Shown one piece after another: positions 24,618 to 38,490 of a stretch of 64,000 nt of DNA. The notes beneath the pieces were generated by a model. It had not been told where the DNA came from. It worked only from the letters and a program-made list of their open reading frames with translations, and did no database searches. The translations under genes were made by a program, and so were the position numbers. Origin of the DNA: Octopus sinensis (taxonomy: Eukaryota); contig NW_021836125.1 in assembly GCF_006345805.1 (NCBI RefSeq), positions 183,315-247,314 on the forward strand. The letters run 5' to 3'. The stretch's first letter is position 1. Each line of letters begins with the position of its first letter.

Positions 24618-27050
24618 ATGCTAAAAATTCTAGCATTTATTCTAATTTCTGCTTGTTGGAGTGAGAGCAGTATTTTAAACAGATAGAAATCAGTTTCACG
24701 AGATCTACAGAAGAATCCAATGAAATCCCACCTTTTTCACCAGGGACTTCACCTGACGCCATGGTCAAGTTAATTAAGCTTATAACACAATTTAGAGAAA
24801 ACTTAAATTCTCAAGATATGGAACAATACCCATTTAAAGCTGATGTTAAAAATATGATGAACGTCATAATTCGGTCAATCTACAAAGTTCGAGATGTACC
24901 CTACTGATCATCAGGCTAATTCTAGATTTTTGTCCGAGAACTTATATCAAACGGTTCAGATGCTTGTGACAAAATCCGAATGTTAGCTTTAACGGACCCT
25001 TCTGTTTTGGACACCAATCCTGAACTTAAAATAAGAGTCAAAGTCAATGATTTTAGTAAATTACTTTTTAGGCAAATTTGGAAAATGGGACTCTGACATT
25101 TGAAGACACTGGAATTGGAATGACAAAAAATGAACTTATTAATAATCTTGGAACCATAGCCAATTCAGCAACAGCAAAATTCCTTGAAGAATTTTCGAAA
25201 AATGAGGCTGAGAATTTGGAAAATGATTTAATTGGAAAATTTGGAGTTGGATTTTATTCTTTGTTTCTTGGTATTTGGTTTAATGCAGTTCCTAGTGGCC
25301 GACCAAGTAACTGTCGTTTCAAAGTCGAATTTTGACGATCAATATATTTGGACTTCCGACTCAAAGAGTTTCAATATTGTCAAAGACCCGGATGGAAATA
25401 CTTTGGGAAGAGGAACTCGCATAATTTTTCGGCTGAGAGAAGATTCGACACATTTTATAAAAACCCAAAAATTAAAAGAACTGATAGAAACTTATAGTCA
25501 GTTTATTAATTATCCTATCTATTTGTGGCAAGATGTTATTTTTTATTTTTATATTCACAGGGTCAAGAAGAAGAGCAGTCAACAGGCGGAGAATGGAAGT
25601 ACGTAAATCCTGTTAAACCGATTTGGATGCAAAAGTAAATATGTAAAATTGATGTGTAGTCCATTGGATGTAACTGAATTAGAATATGCAGAATTTTATA
25701 AATCAATCACGAAGGACACTGAAAATCCTCTCCATTACATTCACTTGAACGTAGAAGGCGAAGTTCCTTTTTCTGCCATAATTTTTGTTCCTTCAGAAGT
25801 TTTTAGTAACAGAGAACATACAATCGGGAAGAAATTAAGCCATTTTCGGGTTGTTCTAATCCCATGACACACTAAACTAATTTAGCTGTATACCAGACGC
25901 GTTTTTATAACTGACTCATTTGGAGACGAAGAATTCATGCCAAGATATTTAAATTTCCTTTTCATCATAGTCAATTCGGAAGATCTCCCGCTTAGTGTGT
26001 CTCGAGAACATTTACAGGAAAGCAAACTACTCAAGTTAATACGAAGAAAAATAATAAAAAAGACTCTCCACTCATTTGCAACCAATGAAGTTGTTATGGG
26101 AAAAATTTGGAACCTTTATTCAAATAAACTTAAACTTGGAATTGATGAAGACGAAATTAATAGAAATCGTCTAGCGGATATTTTGCGATTTCCTAGCTCC
26201 AAAAACCCCAACGAGATGACAACTTTGAAAAAATACATTTCTCGTATGGAACCTGATCAGAAGTCGTTATATTATTTTGGTGGAAGCAGTCGGATAGAGG
26301 TAACAAAGTCTCCGTTTGTGGAACTTCTCTTCAAAAGAAACATTGAAATTATATATTTGTTTGAATCGTTAGACGAGCATCTATTGGGAAAATTAGAGAG
26401 TTATCGTGGGATCTCACTAGTCAATATCGCACTTGCAAACATGGATGACCTGTTTGACAAAAATGACCTGAAAGAACAAATGGAAACTTATAACAAATTT
26501 TACTCAAAGTTCATATCAAAATCAAAAACAATTCTCGAATCAGCACTGAATGATGTAGTTATTTCAAATCGCTTAATTTCTTCATCTTGTATTGTAAAGG
26601 GAGATTTTAATGGGGTATCTGGAAATTTGTTGAAATTTATTACTTCTCAGGCACACGAAAAAAACGATTTAGCCCAAGCCAAGTTTGATTTATAAAAATG
26701 AAATTTTCAGTTATTTTAAACAATTGAAAAAAATTATGGAAATAAATCCATTCCATCCAGTTGTCAAAAAACTCAAAGAACAGCTCGATGTTCTTTTTTT
26801 TATTTATTTTTAGTTTGAAGAAGAACCTTCCGAAGAATGGATTGAGAATTTAAAATTCTTTTACCAACTGTGTGAAATCCGGTCTCAATTTACTCCAAAA
26901 GACCTGTCCCAATTTGCAATAAGGGCAGAAAAATTTTTGAAGGCGGGATTTGGAATTTCAGAAAATAATGAAGTTTTAGAGACAGTAGATGACAACATTT
27001 TCAAAAAATACTCGACGAATAACGGCGATTCGTTAAGTGTAGAATTATAG
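24618..27050 (+). CDS. HSP90B1: Endoplasmin / GRP94 (ER Hsp90), divergent; signal peptide, C-terminus SVEL
   Basis: Hydrophobic N-terminus [12 protein letters not shown]; [19 protein letters not shown] (30-nt intron), [55 protein letters not shown]. Stop at 27048-27050. Confidence 0.9.
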
Positions 27051-27184
27051 GAGTTTGGAATAATGTTTTACTAATCTCTTAATGTGCCTAATGGTTAATC
27101 TTTTGGAATTTTGTTTAAAAATGAGCACACATTTATACCTCTCATCTTTAATCGCTTTCTGAACATAACTATACCATTTCTCAT

Positions 27185-27345
27185 ACTTAATGAGATTAAC
27201 ACTAAACTAAGTGGGATTAGCAGAAGACTAAGATGGTTTAGAAGAAAACTATGTGGGACTAACAGTAAACTAATTGGAATTAACAGTAGACTAATTAGGA
27301 TTAGGATTAATAACGAACTGAATGAGATCAATAAAGGATTACTTT
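27185..27345 (+). repeat. Degenerate 21-bp repeat encoding heptads (INTKLSG ISRRLRW FRRKLCG TNSKLIG INSRLIR)
   Basis: 21-nt periodicity of ATTAACAGTAAACTAATTGG-like units. Open frames on both strands (27111-27353 +, 27095-27331 -). Confidence 0.7.
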
Positions 27346-27649
27346 TATTATAAATATTATATTTTGACCCGGCAAATAAAAATGTTACGTAGATTATTGT
27401 AAAAGAAACATCAAATGCATAAAAACAAACTAAATTTAATTTCAGCTACAGAATCAGGTGAGGATTGGAAAAAACAGCAATAGAACTCAATATCTAAAGA
27501 ACGAAAGCATATCGTTGGATAAGGGATGGAGACAAATCTGACAGGAGAGATGGAAATTATAGATAAAAATTTAACAAAGAACATGCAGATTTTTTATATC
27601 ATGCTTTGAAAGCGTTAATACAATTACTCTTTATGGAATAAAACAAACA

Positions 27650-28860
27650 TTTGAATTACATTTTTATCCGTGGGCTCTTGCAAAGCATTTGTGGGTCTGG
27701 TTCGAACTGGTTCTCGGACAGAATCCAATTCTCCTCCACAAAATTTATGACCTCAGTAGCCACCAAGTTAGTCATCAACTTGTACAGGTTGGGCATACAG
27801 GTTATCGGACGATTTATTCGTCAGAGCGAAAGGGTTATCTACCTTAGGAATCAAATAAGTTACCACAGTACATAACCACTCTGGAATCGAGCCAGGGTCA
27901 GGTGTAAACTGTTCGATTGTTTGCAATTTTTTATAAAGAAATTATACACCCTATCGACCCCAGGTGTCTTCCAGTCAGAGAGACGAGTTACTACCTCATC
28001 AATCTTCTTGTGGATGTCAGAGACACCACAAAACTTGGTCATCAAGGGAGCATCGGATCCACAAAACGAAAACGATATACCCTTGCGAGGACATGCATTC
28101 CACATACTCCCCCATATGTCAAGCATTTCGACCTTTTTCGGGGTACCCTTCTTCGTCTCTCCGTCCAGTCGTCGATAGAACAGCTTGCGATTAAACTCAA
28201 ACAGGTTGTTCTCTTGAATGAGCTGACATCGAGACTCATGAAATAAGACCTTTTTTGATAAACGAGAATCAGCTCCTCACTTACTGCCTAGGCACGTCTG
28301 AAGTTGTCGAGTTCCCATTTGGCAGCTCGTTTCCGACGAAGTACAGTACGCACCAAAATGGGAGTCTCTCTCTTGATCCCATTGCTCACATTATAATTGT
28401 GCCCAGTCAGCTCTTCCAGCTCGGCCTTTCTTGCGGATTGTGTAAAAGCCTTACGCACGATCGTGTAAAATATGGTACGATTGATGCAACTCATAACGTC
28501 ACTCCTGAGTTGTTACCGAGGTATCTTTCAGGTCACTCTGCAATCCGCAAGGGGGACAACACGATTCGCAGGAATATGCCTACTAAATATCTCTTTAACC
28601 TGCAAGAGTAGCGATAACTCGCAACTTTGGTGCTCGTGTTGTTCAAAACACGGAAGAATCCTGACGGCGTAACCCCAGCACCAGTCCTCCCCCGCAAGCC
28701 AGGAGGAGGGGTTTTGGCTAGCTTCTTCAGTACATTCAACGATAGGTTTGAGCTAAAGCGTCGATTGAAGCACTAATGCAGGTTAGGCGACCCATTCCTG
28801 GGCATCCTGAAAGCTCTTCCTAACAGATGGGAAAGAGCGGATTTAACCCAGTCCTCCCGT
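27650..28860 (-). mobile_element. 5' and RT N-terminal part of an R4/NeSL-like non-LTR retrotransposon, decayed
   Basis: LSDWKTPGVDRVYNFFIK and RPITCMPNLYKLMTNLVATEVINFVEENWILSENQ; GC-richer than the host. Confidence 0.75.
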
Positions 28861-28878
28861 GCACTCAGTTCCTTCTTT

Positions 28879-29372
28879 TTATTATTATTATTATTTAAGC
28901 CAAACAAAATCACCGTCTTAACCATTAACTAACACGTTCAGGTGATTCCGACACTTCTCAACAGTCGAGCCATCTTTTCACGATGTTCCGACCGTGACCC
29001 AACACACTTTCTGTATGTACGGTGAATGGTTTGTGGTCCATTTCCACGATCCCCCCCATTTGCCTCTACGAGAGACTCCAGTGTTCTATGGACAATTTCC
29101 CTATCGGTATGGTCCTTCAGTAGGTTGATAGATCGTTCTTGAATTTTTTCGATTTTTAGCCGGTTCGTTGCCGTCAGGTTACAGCCCCAAGCAGCACATG
29201 CATAGCCTATTGTTGGCTCGATATACTGCTTGTAAAGGGTCTCTACCCCTGGCGGATAAGTTCTCCCACAGTTCCAAAGGAAGGCTTTTACAAAATTGTA
29301 ATGGGAAGAACGATATTCTTTGAGGTTTATAAATATTATATTGTTCAGAATCGAAATTAAGATAACTGACAA
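28879..29372 (-). mobile_element. LINE 3' end with (TAA)n tail
   Basis: LYKQYIEPTIGYACAAWG..LKIEKIQERSINLL (post-RT region); (TTA)n on the plus strand at about 28879-28895. Confidence 0.75.
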
Positions 29373-29559
29373 ATTTTTTTAATAAATTCAGAAAAAAAGT
29401 TCAAGGATTAAAATTATCATTAATTAGTGTTTCTTTTCCTTTAAAAATGCTGTCCCCTTGTCCGGTCACGTCCAGACATCTCTTTTTTCTTATTTTAGTA
29501 AGAAAGCTGACTTCCCTGGAAAGCCAACTCACACTTCCATCAACTGTTCATCTTTTTCG

Positions 29560-29790
29560 CAATTCATCTTGATTTTCTGATAAGAGTTAAAAGAGTACGG
29601 TCTGTCAGGCCGGATGTATAAGTAACCTGAAAAATTGAGCATAAAGGTTTTGGATGACAGCTTTGTTTCTTGCACCCACGCAATGTCCAGATCGCACTTC
29701 TTCATTAAACAGAGTTCAGCAGTGTTGTGGGCAATCCCACTTGGTATGCGTAGTGGTTCTTCCTCGCGGGTACCAGATTTTGGTCGATGT
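29560..29790 (-). mobile_element. LINE apurinic-endonuclease N-terminal remnant
   Basis: MKKCDLDIAWVQETKLSSKTFMLNFSGYLYIRPDR. Confidence 0.7.
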
Positions 29791-29909
29791 CTTAGGAAAG
29801 AAGAAGGGCGTATAAAAGAAAGTTTCTTGGGAGCAACTTTGAAGCAACCAACATCACGGAAAATATCCGAGAATACGACGAAAAACTATCATTTGCCACC
29901 ATTAGAAAA

Positions 29910-30290
29910 TGACAGATTGACAAAATTTGCCGTACGACACTGTTTGTTCCCAGGCGATCACCCAGCCAAGTACTAGAACATGCTGTAATCGCTTAACTGC
30001 CGTGTTCGATTGGGAACGGGTATTTACGACTAAGTATGATCGTACGTTACTAATAAAATTAATTATAGAGTATACGTGTGTTTTGACCTCTTCTATTTCC
30101 CCCCCTCCCGATTACTGTGGAGCCTGGTTTGCTGCAAGTTAGTGTAGCATTTTCGCCGATAAGAGTCGACGCAAGTGGCATCTCAAACTAGAAGCTTGTC
30201 CTTTTTGCCGGTAATAGTCGTCCGAAGACTTCCGATTTGGAAGACTTTATTCAATTAAGTTTTTTTAAAGCTACTATTGAATAACTCTCT
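29910..30290 (-). mobile_element. Old CRE-like retrotransposon REL remnant
   Basis: KLLV*DATCVDSY...PFPIEHG...WLGDRL, homologous to the intact copy at 30363. Confidence 0.55.
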
Positions 30291-30362
30291 GATTTCACAA
30301 AAATAAAATAATTACCTTCTCAATCAGAAAATTTCCTTAATATCATACACATGTATATAATT

Positions 30363-31224
30363 TTTTTTTTTTTTTTTTTTTATTAAATTTATACAAACAA
30401 GACAAAAATTACAGATAGCTAAGTTAGTTAAAGGCCTCACGAGACACCCGACCAGCCGCGCGAATGGCGAAGACGTTCCCTCGGATCACAGCAATCGACA
30501 GACGTTCCAGGAGCCAAGAAAACTCTCTTGGATCGTGACTAGTCCTTGAAATCCGTCGACCGAGCGAGCGAAGGAAGCGGAGTGTCTTGGGACCGAAGAT
30601 CCCGGAGGACTCCAAGGCAATTGGAGTAAAGAGCAGCGAGTTGGACAGGTGGCCGTACTTGAGAATCTTTCGCTCCTCGGCCTGCCTGGAAGCGTGCCCA
30701 GGATTGGCGGCGGACAGCGCGAGATTTCCCAGCGAGAACGTGTCCGAGCAGGTAGAATCCCAAATAAGGGATTTCCCCTGCTCGTAGGGGAAGGTGGACA
30801 TGCCGTCAGGGCGTTTGCCATCCCCTCTAACCAATCCAACAGGTTCAAGGATAGACGGGATGCCTGCTGAGGCGAGGGCTCTCTGTACGACTGAGTTGAG
30901 TTCACTGTGACGGGGGGCACGACCGGCACTCCGCCGGCAAGCGAGGGGATGCAAACCGTACTCGTCAACAGTTCCCCCACAACGGCATTTGTGCGACTGG
31001 CAGATTTTCAGCCCGACACGGAGGGAGATTGCGATTCTTAGGCATTCCTTGTCCAACAGGTTCCCGATGGAAGGGAGAGGGAGAGCCTTTAACCAGACAC
31101 CGCTGCTTTCACAGCGACCTGCACGGAGGCAAGCGACACGGTGTTGATTGGAGACAGGAAGCAGGCCTTCGAAGATTGCCTGACAAGAGATTTCGTCCCA
31201 TTGGCGCTGTACAGATTGAGAGTT
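30363..31224 (-). mobile_element. Young, 5'-truncated CRE-clade non-LTR retrotransposon with poly(A) tail and 10-bp TSD
   Basis: Poly(T) on the plus strand at 30361-30381. TSD GTATATAATT at 30353-30362 and 31225-31234. Uninterrupted ORF with C-x-C-x9-H-x3-C (KCRCGGTVDEYGLHPLAC), RHSELN, DGKRPDG, WDSTC, ERKILKY, PIALESSG. Confidence 0.93.
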
Positions 31225-31265
31225 GTATATAATTAAAACAAAACCTTCGATTTTAAAAAAACAAA

Positions 31266-32790
<1,525 letters not shown>

Positions 32791-32864
32791 AAGAAAATTG
32801 ATATAGTCATGGAAACATTATTTTAAGTTATTTAATTTAATTTAGTTAATTAATAATATTAATT
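32791..32864. promoter_or_regulatory. 74-bp A/T-rich bidirectional promoter/5'UTR interval between TTLL1 and CENPI
   Basis: Divergent start codons at 32790 (-) and 32865 (+); function is inferred from geometry only. Confidence 0.55.
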
Positions 32865-34820
32865 ATGGATTCGTGTTATGTGTCCGCACATGATCTTAAA
32901 AAATTCTCTAAAACATTATTAAAATGCAAATACGAAGGTAAATTTAAATATATTTTAATTAAAAAATCAGATATAGATAAAATAAAGTCGTTTATTCAAA
33001 TGGCCCTTCCAAAAGAGCGAATACCAACTATTGTTGCCAAAAGAATGATTAAATTTGTTATAAAAAATATATATATCAAAATTAAAGACTGCTTAATAAC
33101 TATTGCCAAATTTTTGGTGATTTCCTTCGAATTTATTGAAGAAAGTCACGAATTGAGACAGTTTTATGGACATTTAGTGTCAATAATAAACACTCGAGGT
33201 TTATCTGAGCCTATATCAATACTTCTTTGTCTTCTCACAAAGAAATCCGATGTAAACCCTCATGTAATAAAACACATCGAAGAACTTTCAGAATCTAATG
33301 TTAAAAACTATTTATTTAAATTTAGTCCGATGTTTTTATCCTTTTGAACAAATACAGAAATTTACAACAAAATCTTCCCACTGTAGTCATTATATTGTCA
33401 ATTTTTAGTTTAAAAATATTAGTTTTGATTTACATAATTGGTCAAAGCGACTTATACGACATTATGAAGTGGTTGAGATCCCAGAAGTCGGTCCTTACCA
33501 TGTTTTTAATATTTCAGTTGAGTCCCAACCTTCATTTGAATGGCTACATACTAATGATCTCACACAAAATATGCTTGATGACTTCCTAGTAAAATCTATC
33601 GATCGAAACTACTACAAAATGTTTCATCTTTCTAGTTTTTGTTTTTTAACAAATAGAATTGTTGACCCAATTAAATTTAACCTTCCCTCTTCTCAGTTGT
33701 ATGTGTCATTTCGCAGAATATTTTAACGTTTGTTCAAAAAATAATTTTTTAGGAGATTCCTGAATCGTGTGCCCGGTTTGTCCTCCGCGTAGTGAAACGG
33801 CGGGATTTTCATTTTCTCAGAGCCGAAATACTCCATCTCATTCCTTATTTGCCTCCTATGGGTTGATCTCTCATTTTTTCAATTTCAGACCTTCAAAGTG
33901 GCATATTTCTTTGTTTTCGAAGAATTTTGTTGTTCACTACATCGGAAGAAGCGAATATTTATTTCACTGTTTTTTACAGACTTTTTAACAATTGGCTACA
34001 ATATGGGGGACCCTTTGTTGTAATTTGCGTTAATTTTAGTATTTTAGTTCGCAGAATGTGGTACAGAGCGATGTTGACGCATTTATAGTCGAACTCGTCG
34101 TTTTTATGTCCCGTCTAGGCGTTTCGTATTTAAACATTCTCACTTTACGTTGTGATGTTGCCACATCCATGCTCAGATCAACTGTGCTGATATTTCTTCA
34201 TACTGTTTTTGGTTATTTGCTCATTTGAAAAAGGTCTTCACTCTTACTTTGATTCGTGATGCCGATGTTTTTTATTTATTGTTTGTGTACTTGGTGTTTT
34301 GTGATGATCTGACGCTGGTCATTCCGTCTCTTTCCTTGTTTACTGAGTATTTGTATGTTTTGAATATTTTTCTAGTGCCTACTTATTTTGGGAGAGTAGA
34401 CAAGATGTTCATGTACTTTCTTAGGTGATAATTTTAGTTTGAAAGAATCAAGTTATTGATGGCGGATATTATTGCTGTTCTGTGGAATGGGGGGAGTTCT
34501 GAGTGTGTTACTAAACTTATTTATTTGGTAAATCCTCGTTTGCAGGGAGGTTATGTGGAGTCTTCACTTATGACCCACCCCGCTTTTGAGAGCATTGTTG
34601 CTGACTATATTGGCATGGTTTTGCTTGGTGTCTTTCAAGTTATTTTTAGGATGTGGATTGTATTAATGCTGATGTTTGCGGAAGTCTTTTAGTATTTTTT
34701 GTTTTTTAATTATAGCCATCTATGAGGTTTGGCTTTCTTGAATATCTCCTCAAAAGAAGTTTTGTCTATAAACCGATTTTTGATTTATTGCGTTATTTTG
34801 ACAATTTTCATGTTCATTGA
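32865..34820 (+). CDS. CENPI: Centromere protein I (Mis6 family)
   Basis: FLVISFEFIE..ELRQFYG..LSEPISILLCLLTKKSDVNPHVIKHIEEL matches human WLVAMFDFID..NLLYG..VCHLLYLLTKKENVKPFRVRKLLDL. C-terminal SLMTHPAF matches VVHHPSF. Stop at 34818-34820. Confidence 0.8.
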
Positions 34821-35099
34821 CTTTTTTATGTATTGTGTTTTTTTAATTATTTTGTTTATTTAATTGCAACGAAAATCATCTTTGTATACAGTACGTTTTT
34901 TAATTTAACAAAAATAATTTCAATACACTCAGAACTTGTTTCAAAAAAATCTAAGTTGAAAAATTCATCTACTTGAAAGCTTCGAGAATTATCCAAAAAT
35001 TTCCAAATGAATTTTCAATTACCCTCAGTGGAGCATTATATTGAAATTTATGGGATATTTGTGTAACATATTATATAAAAAGGTTTATTGAAAAACACA

Positions 35100-36345
35100 A
35101 ATTTACGCTAAAACATATTTCATATATAAACGAATCTGGAAAAACGATTCAAACGTTTCTTCCCAATGCTAGTGATACGAATGATTTTTCATTAAATGTA
35201 CCGAAGCATTTGTTCTAGCAAATATTCCGTTATATAAACTAAGAAATCCTGCCTTAATCAATTTTTTTCAATACTATCGGATTCATGTTACCTTCAGAAT
35301 CCAAATGTAAAAACAATGTCAATATCACGATAGTACTGCAACACGCCACGTAATTTGACGGTAGCGTGGTTTGGCGTATAGTCAGGATTCCTAAAAATCA
35401 TGATTTTTTTGATTTTAATCAGATTTATTTAAAAGCCTGTAAATAAAGACAAGTTTGGCAGATATGAAACTTGCTTATATTCTACTAACACTTCTTTTGG
35501 TGCTGTAGAACATCTCGAATTTGTTTAATTTGTCCAAATCTCGTCATAAAATCTTGTTTTCCTTCTCGTCATAAAATTGGTGGTCCATTACTCGATCAAG
35601 TGTACGACTAACTACATGAGAACTGTCGACAAAGACTTTAGGACAAAACAGTGTCTATGGTGTTGGCTGGATGAATTAACACTTATAATGAATCTCGGCG
35701 GACAGAGTGAGATTTCCGACCGAAAACGTGTCCGAACAGATAGAATCCCAAATAAGGGATTTCTCCTGCTCGTATGGGAAGATGGACATACCGTCTGGCG
35801 TTTGCCGTCACCTGTTACTTGTGTTTCGGTTGTAACATCGGATGGAGAAAGCTATCTAATTGACACTGTAGACACCTTTGGACACAGACACATTGCAGAG
35901 TATCTTGAATCTGTTGCATTAGAATATACAAGTCTGGCGAGCAACAGTTTGGATGTAAAATCGGAAGTCTTGTGATAAACAATCCAACCACCATGACTAA
36001 AATGAGGCTGATAATGATGCAAAATGACTGTGAAATCTTACATATGGCTGCTCGACACATTATTCAACATTCTCGCAAAAAATGTAGAAGTAGCGACGTT
36101 AAAGAAACCATCGTAAAAATACATAGATACTTTCGAAATGTCCATCTTCCAGTCGCAGCGGTACAAATTTGCTTGAGGAAAAGAACTTGTTCTTCCAATT
36201 GATGTTTCCTGGAACACTTTATCAGATTGTTTTTAATCTTATCTGGATAATTGGTCTACAATTTTGAGAATTTGTGAAGAACACAGATCCGATATTGATA
36301 CAGGTATTGCTTCCAAAGTCCAAAATATTCTCCTAAAGAATATTT
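35100..36345 (+). mobile_element. Decayed hAT transposase remnants (two pieces, interrupted by a CRE fragment)
   Basis: EAFVLANIPLYKLRNPALINFF at about 35200; IHRYFRNVHLP..DVSWNTLSDCF..ICEEHRSDID at about 36120-36300. Confidence 0.6.
35580..35830 (-). mobile_element. CRE-like REL remnant
   Basis: Nucleotide similarity to 30720-30830 (GTCCGA..AG.TAGAATCCCAAATAAGGGATTT, GGCGTTTGCC.TC.CC). Confidence 0.8.
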
Positions 36346-36399
36346 GCGGCTGATTTTTTCAACTTTTGGATTTTTACATTTGATTTTACGAACTTCAAA

Positions 36400-37185
36400 T
36401 TATCCAGTCAGCCTGTAGAATTTTTTGTTCGGAATTTTGTTTTGCCAAGAATAATCAAAGTGTTTTCTTAGTTGGTCTCTGTAAAAAGAGTAAGTTGTTT
36501 CATGTCTTCTTTTGACGTTTTTCCAAGTGCCTGCGTTGTACATGAAGACTGGTCGGACAAATGCGTAATATAAGCGCAGTCGCATCTTCGCATAAATTTG
36601 TTTTCTTCTTAATAAAATCGATTGTAATTTTTTGAGTGCTATTGTGGCTAAGATCTTTCTTTGTTTAATATCTTCTGATTCGCCAAGTAAATATCCGAGT
36701 TTTCTGGCGTTCCTCCACTTCTCCACGTAGGTAGGCATTCGTTCAATAGTGGTTAATTATGTTTTATCTTCATTAACTTTGAGAGACAATTTGCTCAAAA
36801 TTGTTTTCTCCCAATAATGTCTATAAATTCCCGATTCTTAGCTACAAATCGATATCATTCGCGTAAATAAGTTGCGTTAAGATTTTTGATTTGTTCTCTC
36901 AGATCTCTCAAATCTGCTTATAGATAATACGGGTGATAGCGTATCTCCTTGTGAGGTTCCAGCATTGGTAGAAAATGGTATAGACTTCTTAGAACCAACT
37001 CTGACGAGTAGTTCAGTTTCAGACAATAATATGTGTATTATGCGGAGACTGTCTTCATCGATAATGTCTTTCAACACGATAAGTAATTTACTCCTGTCGA
37101 ATGCCTTACTTTTATCGACTCCTAGGATATGAAAAGATCGTTTGTACTCCTGACATAATGCAATTAAAATGGAGGATTTATGCAA
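36400..37185 (-). mobile_element. RTE-like LINE reverse transcriptase remnant
   Basis: ILGVDKSKAFD, GTSQGDTLSPVL, RKLGYLLG..DIKQRK..LRLYYAFVRPVFMYNAGTW. Confidence 0.85.
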
Positions 37186-38039
37186 TAAGTACTACTTCAA
37201 CGTTAAAACAAGTGTTATACGGGCCGTAATAAATTCATGTGAAATCTGTAATTTTTCTCGATGTGGGTCATTTTCTCGCGGTGGTAAATAATAGTTTTTA
37301 GCTACAAAAAGACCCACTCGGGCTCTTTACCCTCTCTGTTGACCACATCGCTTGCAACTTATTTTTTCAAAGTAAATTTCTGGTATCTAGACGGCGTGAT
37401 TGTCAGGACCCACTGATGTGATTGTCAATGATATCTCCAAAATTATTTCTGGTTTCTCAAAGATTGGACTCTCCTTAGACGGCAGAAAATGAGAACTCGT
37501 AAATATTTACGTACTCCTCCATTGATATCCTGGTCGAAAGACTACGACTCACTACGAACAATGATTTGGTTATACTAGGCTTGCCAATTTCCGAGAGGGG
37601 CATAGTTAAAGCCTTGTTGAGAAAGTGGGAATAAATTAAGTTGTTAACTGATCGAATAGGTGGTCTTGGTTTCCATTTGGCGTTCTTGTTGACGAATTTG
37701 CTTTTTATTTCGAGGCTTACTTACATCTTTCGTTCATCTCAATGTTTTACTGCAGGTGATTAGTTCTGGGACCGAGGAATTTTTGGATGCTATCGATTCA
37801 TTTATTATTTGAATTTTCTTCTTTAAGATAATTCACAACGATATCGTTTTCTTTGCGGAGCTAACATCTTTTACTTTTTTTTCCAAATGGATTTTTCAAG
37901 TTTATTAATTATTAGAAAATCATCTTATGCGTAGACCTCAATGTGAAACACCCCCTTTTGCTTTCAAATCAGTTGGCGGATACGAGAGGGAAATCTTTAC
38001 TTTCCCAATTGGACAAAAACAATCCTGAACGACCCATCG

Positions 38040-38490
38040 AGGAACACAAGGACTCCATTCAGAGTGACTGACAAATCTACTTCACTCGGTAACTCTATGC
38101 TCTTTATCTACGTAGTGGTTAGTCCTCTATGAAACGAGAAACCACCACAACCCGATCGCGGAAAGTTCCCATTCCATACAATTACAAAGCGGCCAACTGG
38201 CTATGGTTCCAAGAGATATTGAACACGAGATTGAAGAATTGGAATCTGTGCAACTTTAGCTCTCTCGACAAGGCCATTGGCTTCTTCTCGAAGATCATTC
38301 TGGCAGCAAGACCTATGGCTATCTCGGTCCGTCAGCAAATGCCCCGTCAAAAACGGCCTGCCCCCCGGTGTGATCTTGTGTGGGCTCGTGAAAAGATCAC
38401 TGAGCTAAGATGGGGTCCCTGGTCGAGTGCATCGGGATCACGTGACTTTTGTTTGATTTTTATCGTGGTCTTGGCGATTAAATGAATAAA
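38040..38490 (+). mobile_element. LINE ORF2 post-endonuclease fragment
   Basis: YNYKAANWLWFQEIL..SSLDKAIGFFSKIILAA. Confidence 0.55.

Noticed and set aside
27440-27610. Tc1/IS630-like HTH remnant (KAYRWIR)
   Set aside because: Too short and degenerate, and no TIRs were found to support a feature call.
30150-30240. HDV-like ribozyme at a retroelement 5' end
   Set aside because: P1/P3 pairings could not be completed, and the sequence translates as a CRE REL remnant (DATCVDSY).
30486-30980. Several overlapping ORFs on both strands
   Set aside because: Shadow ORFs of the GC-rich CRE coding region.
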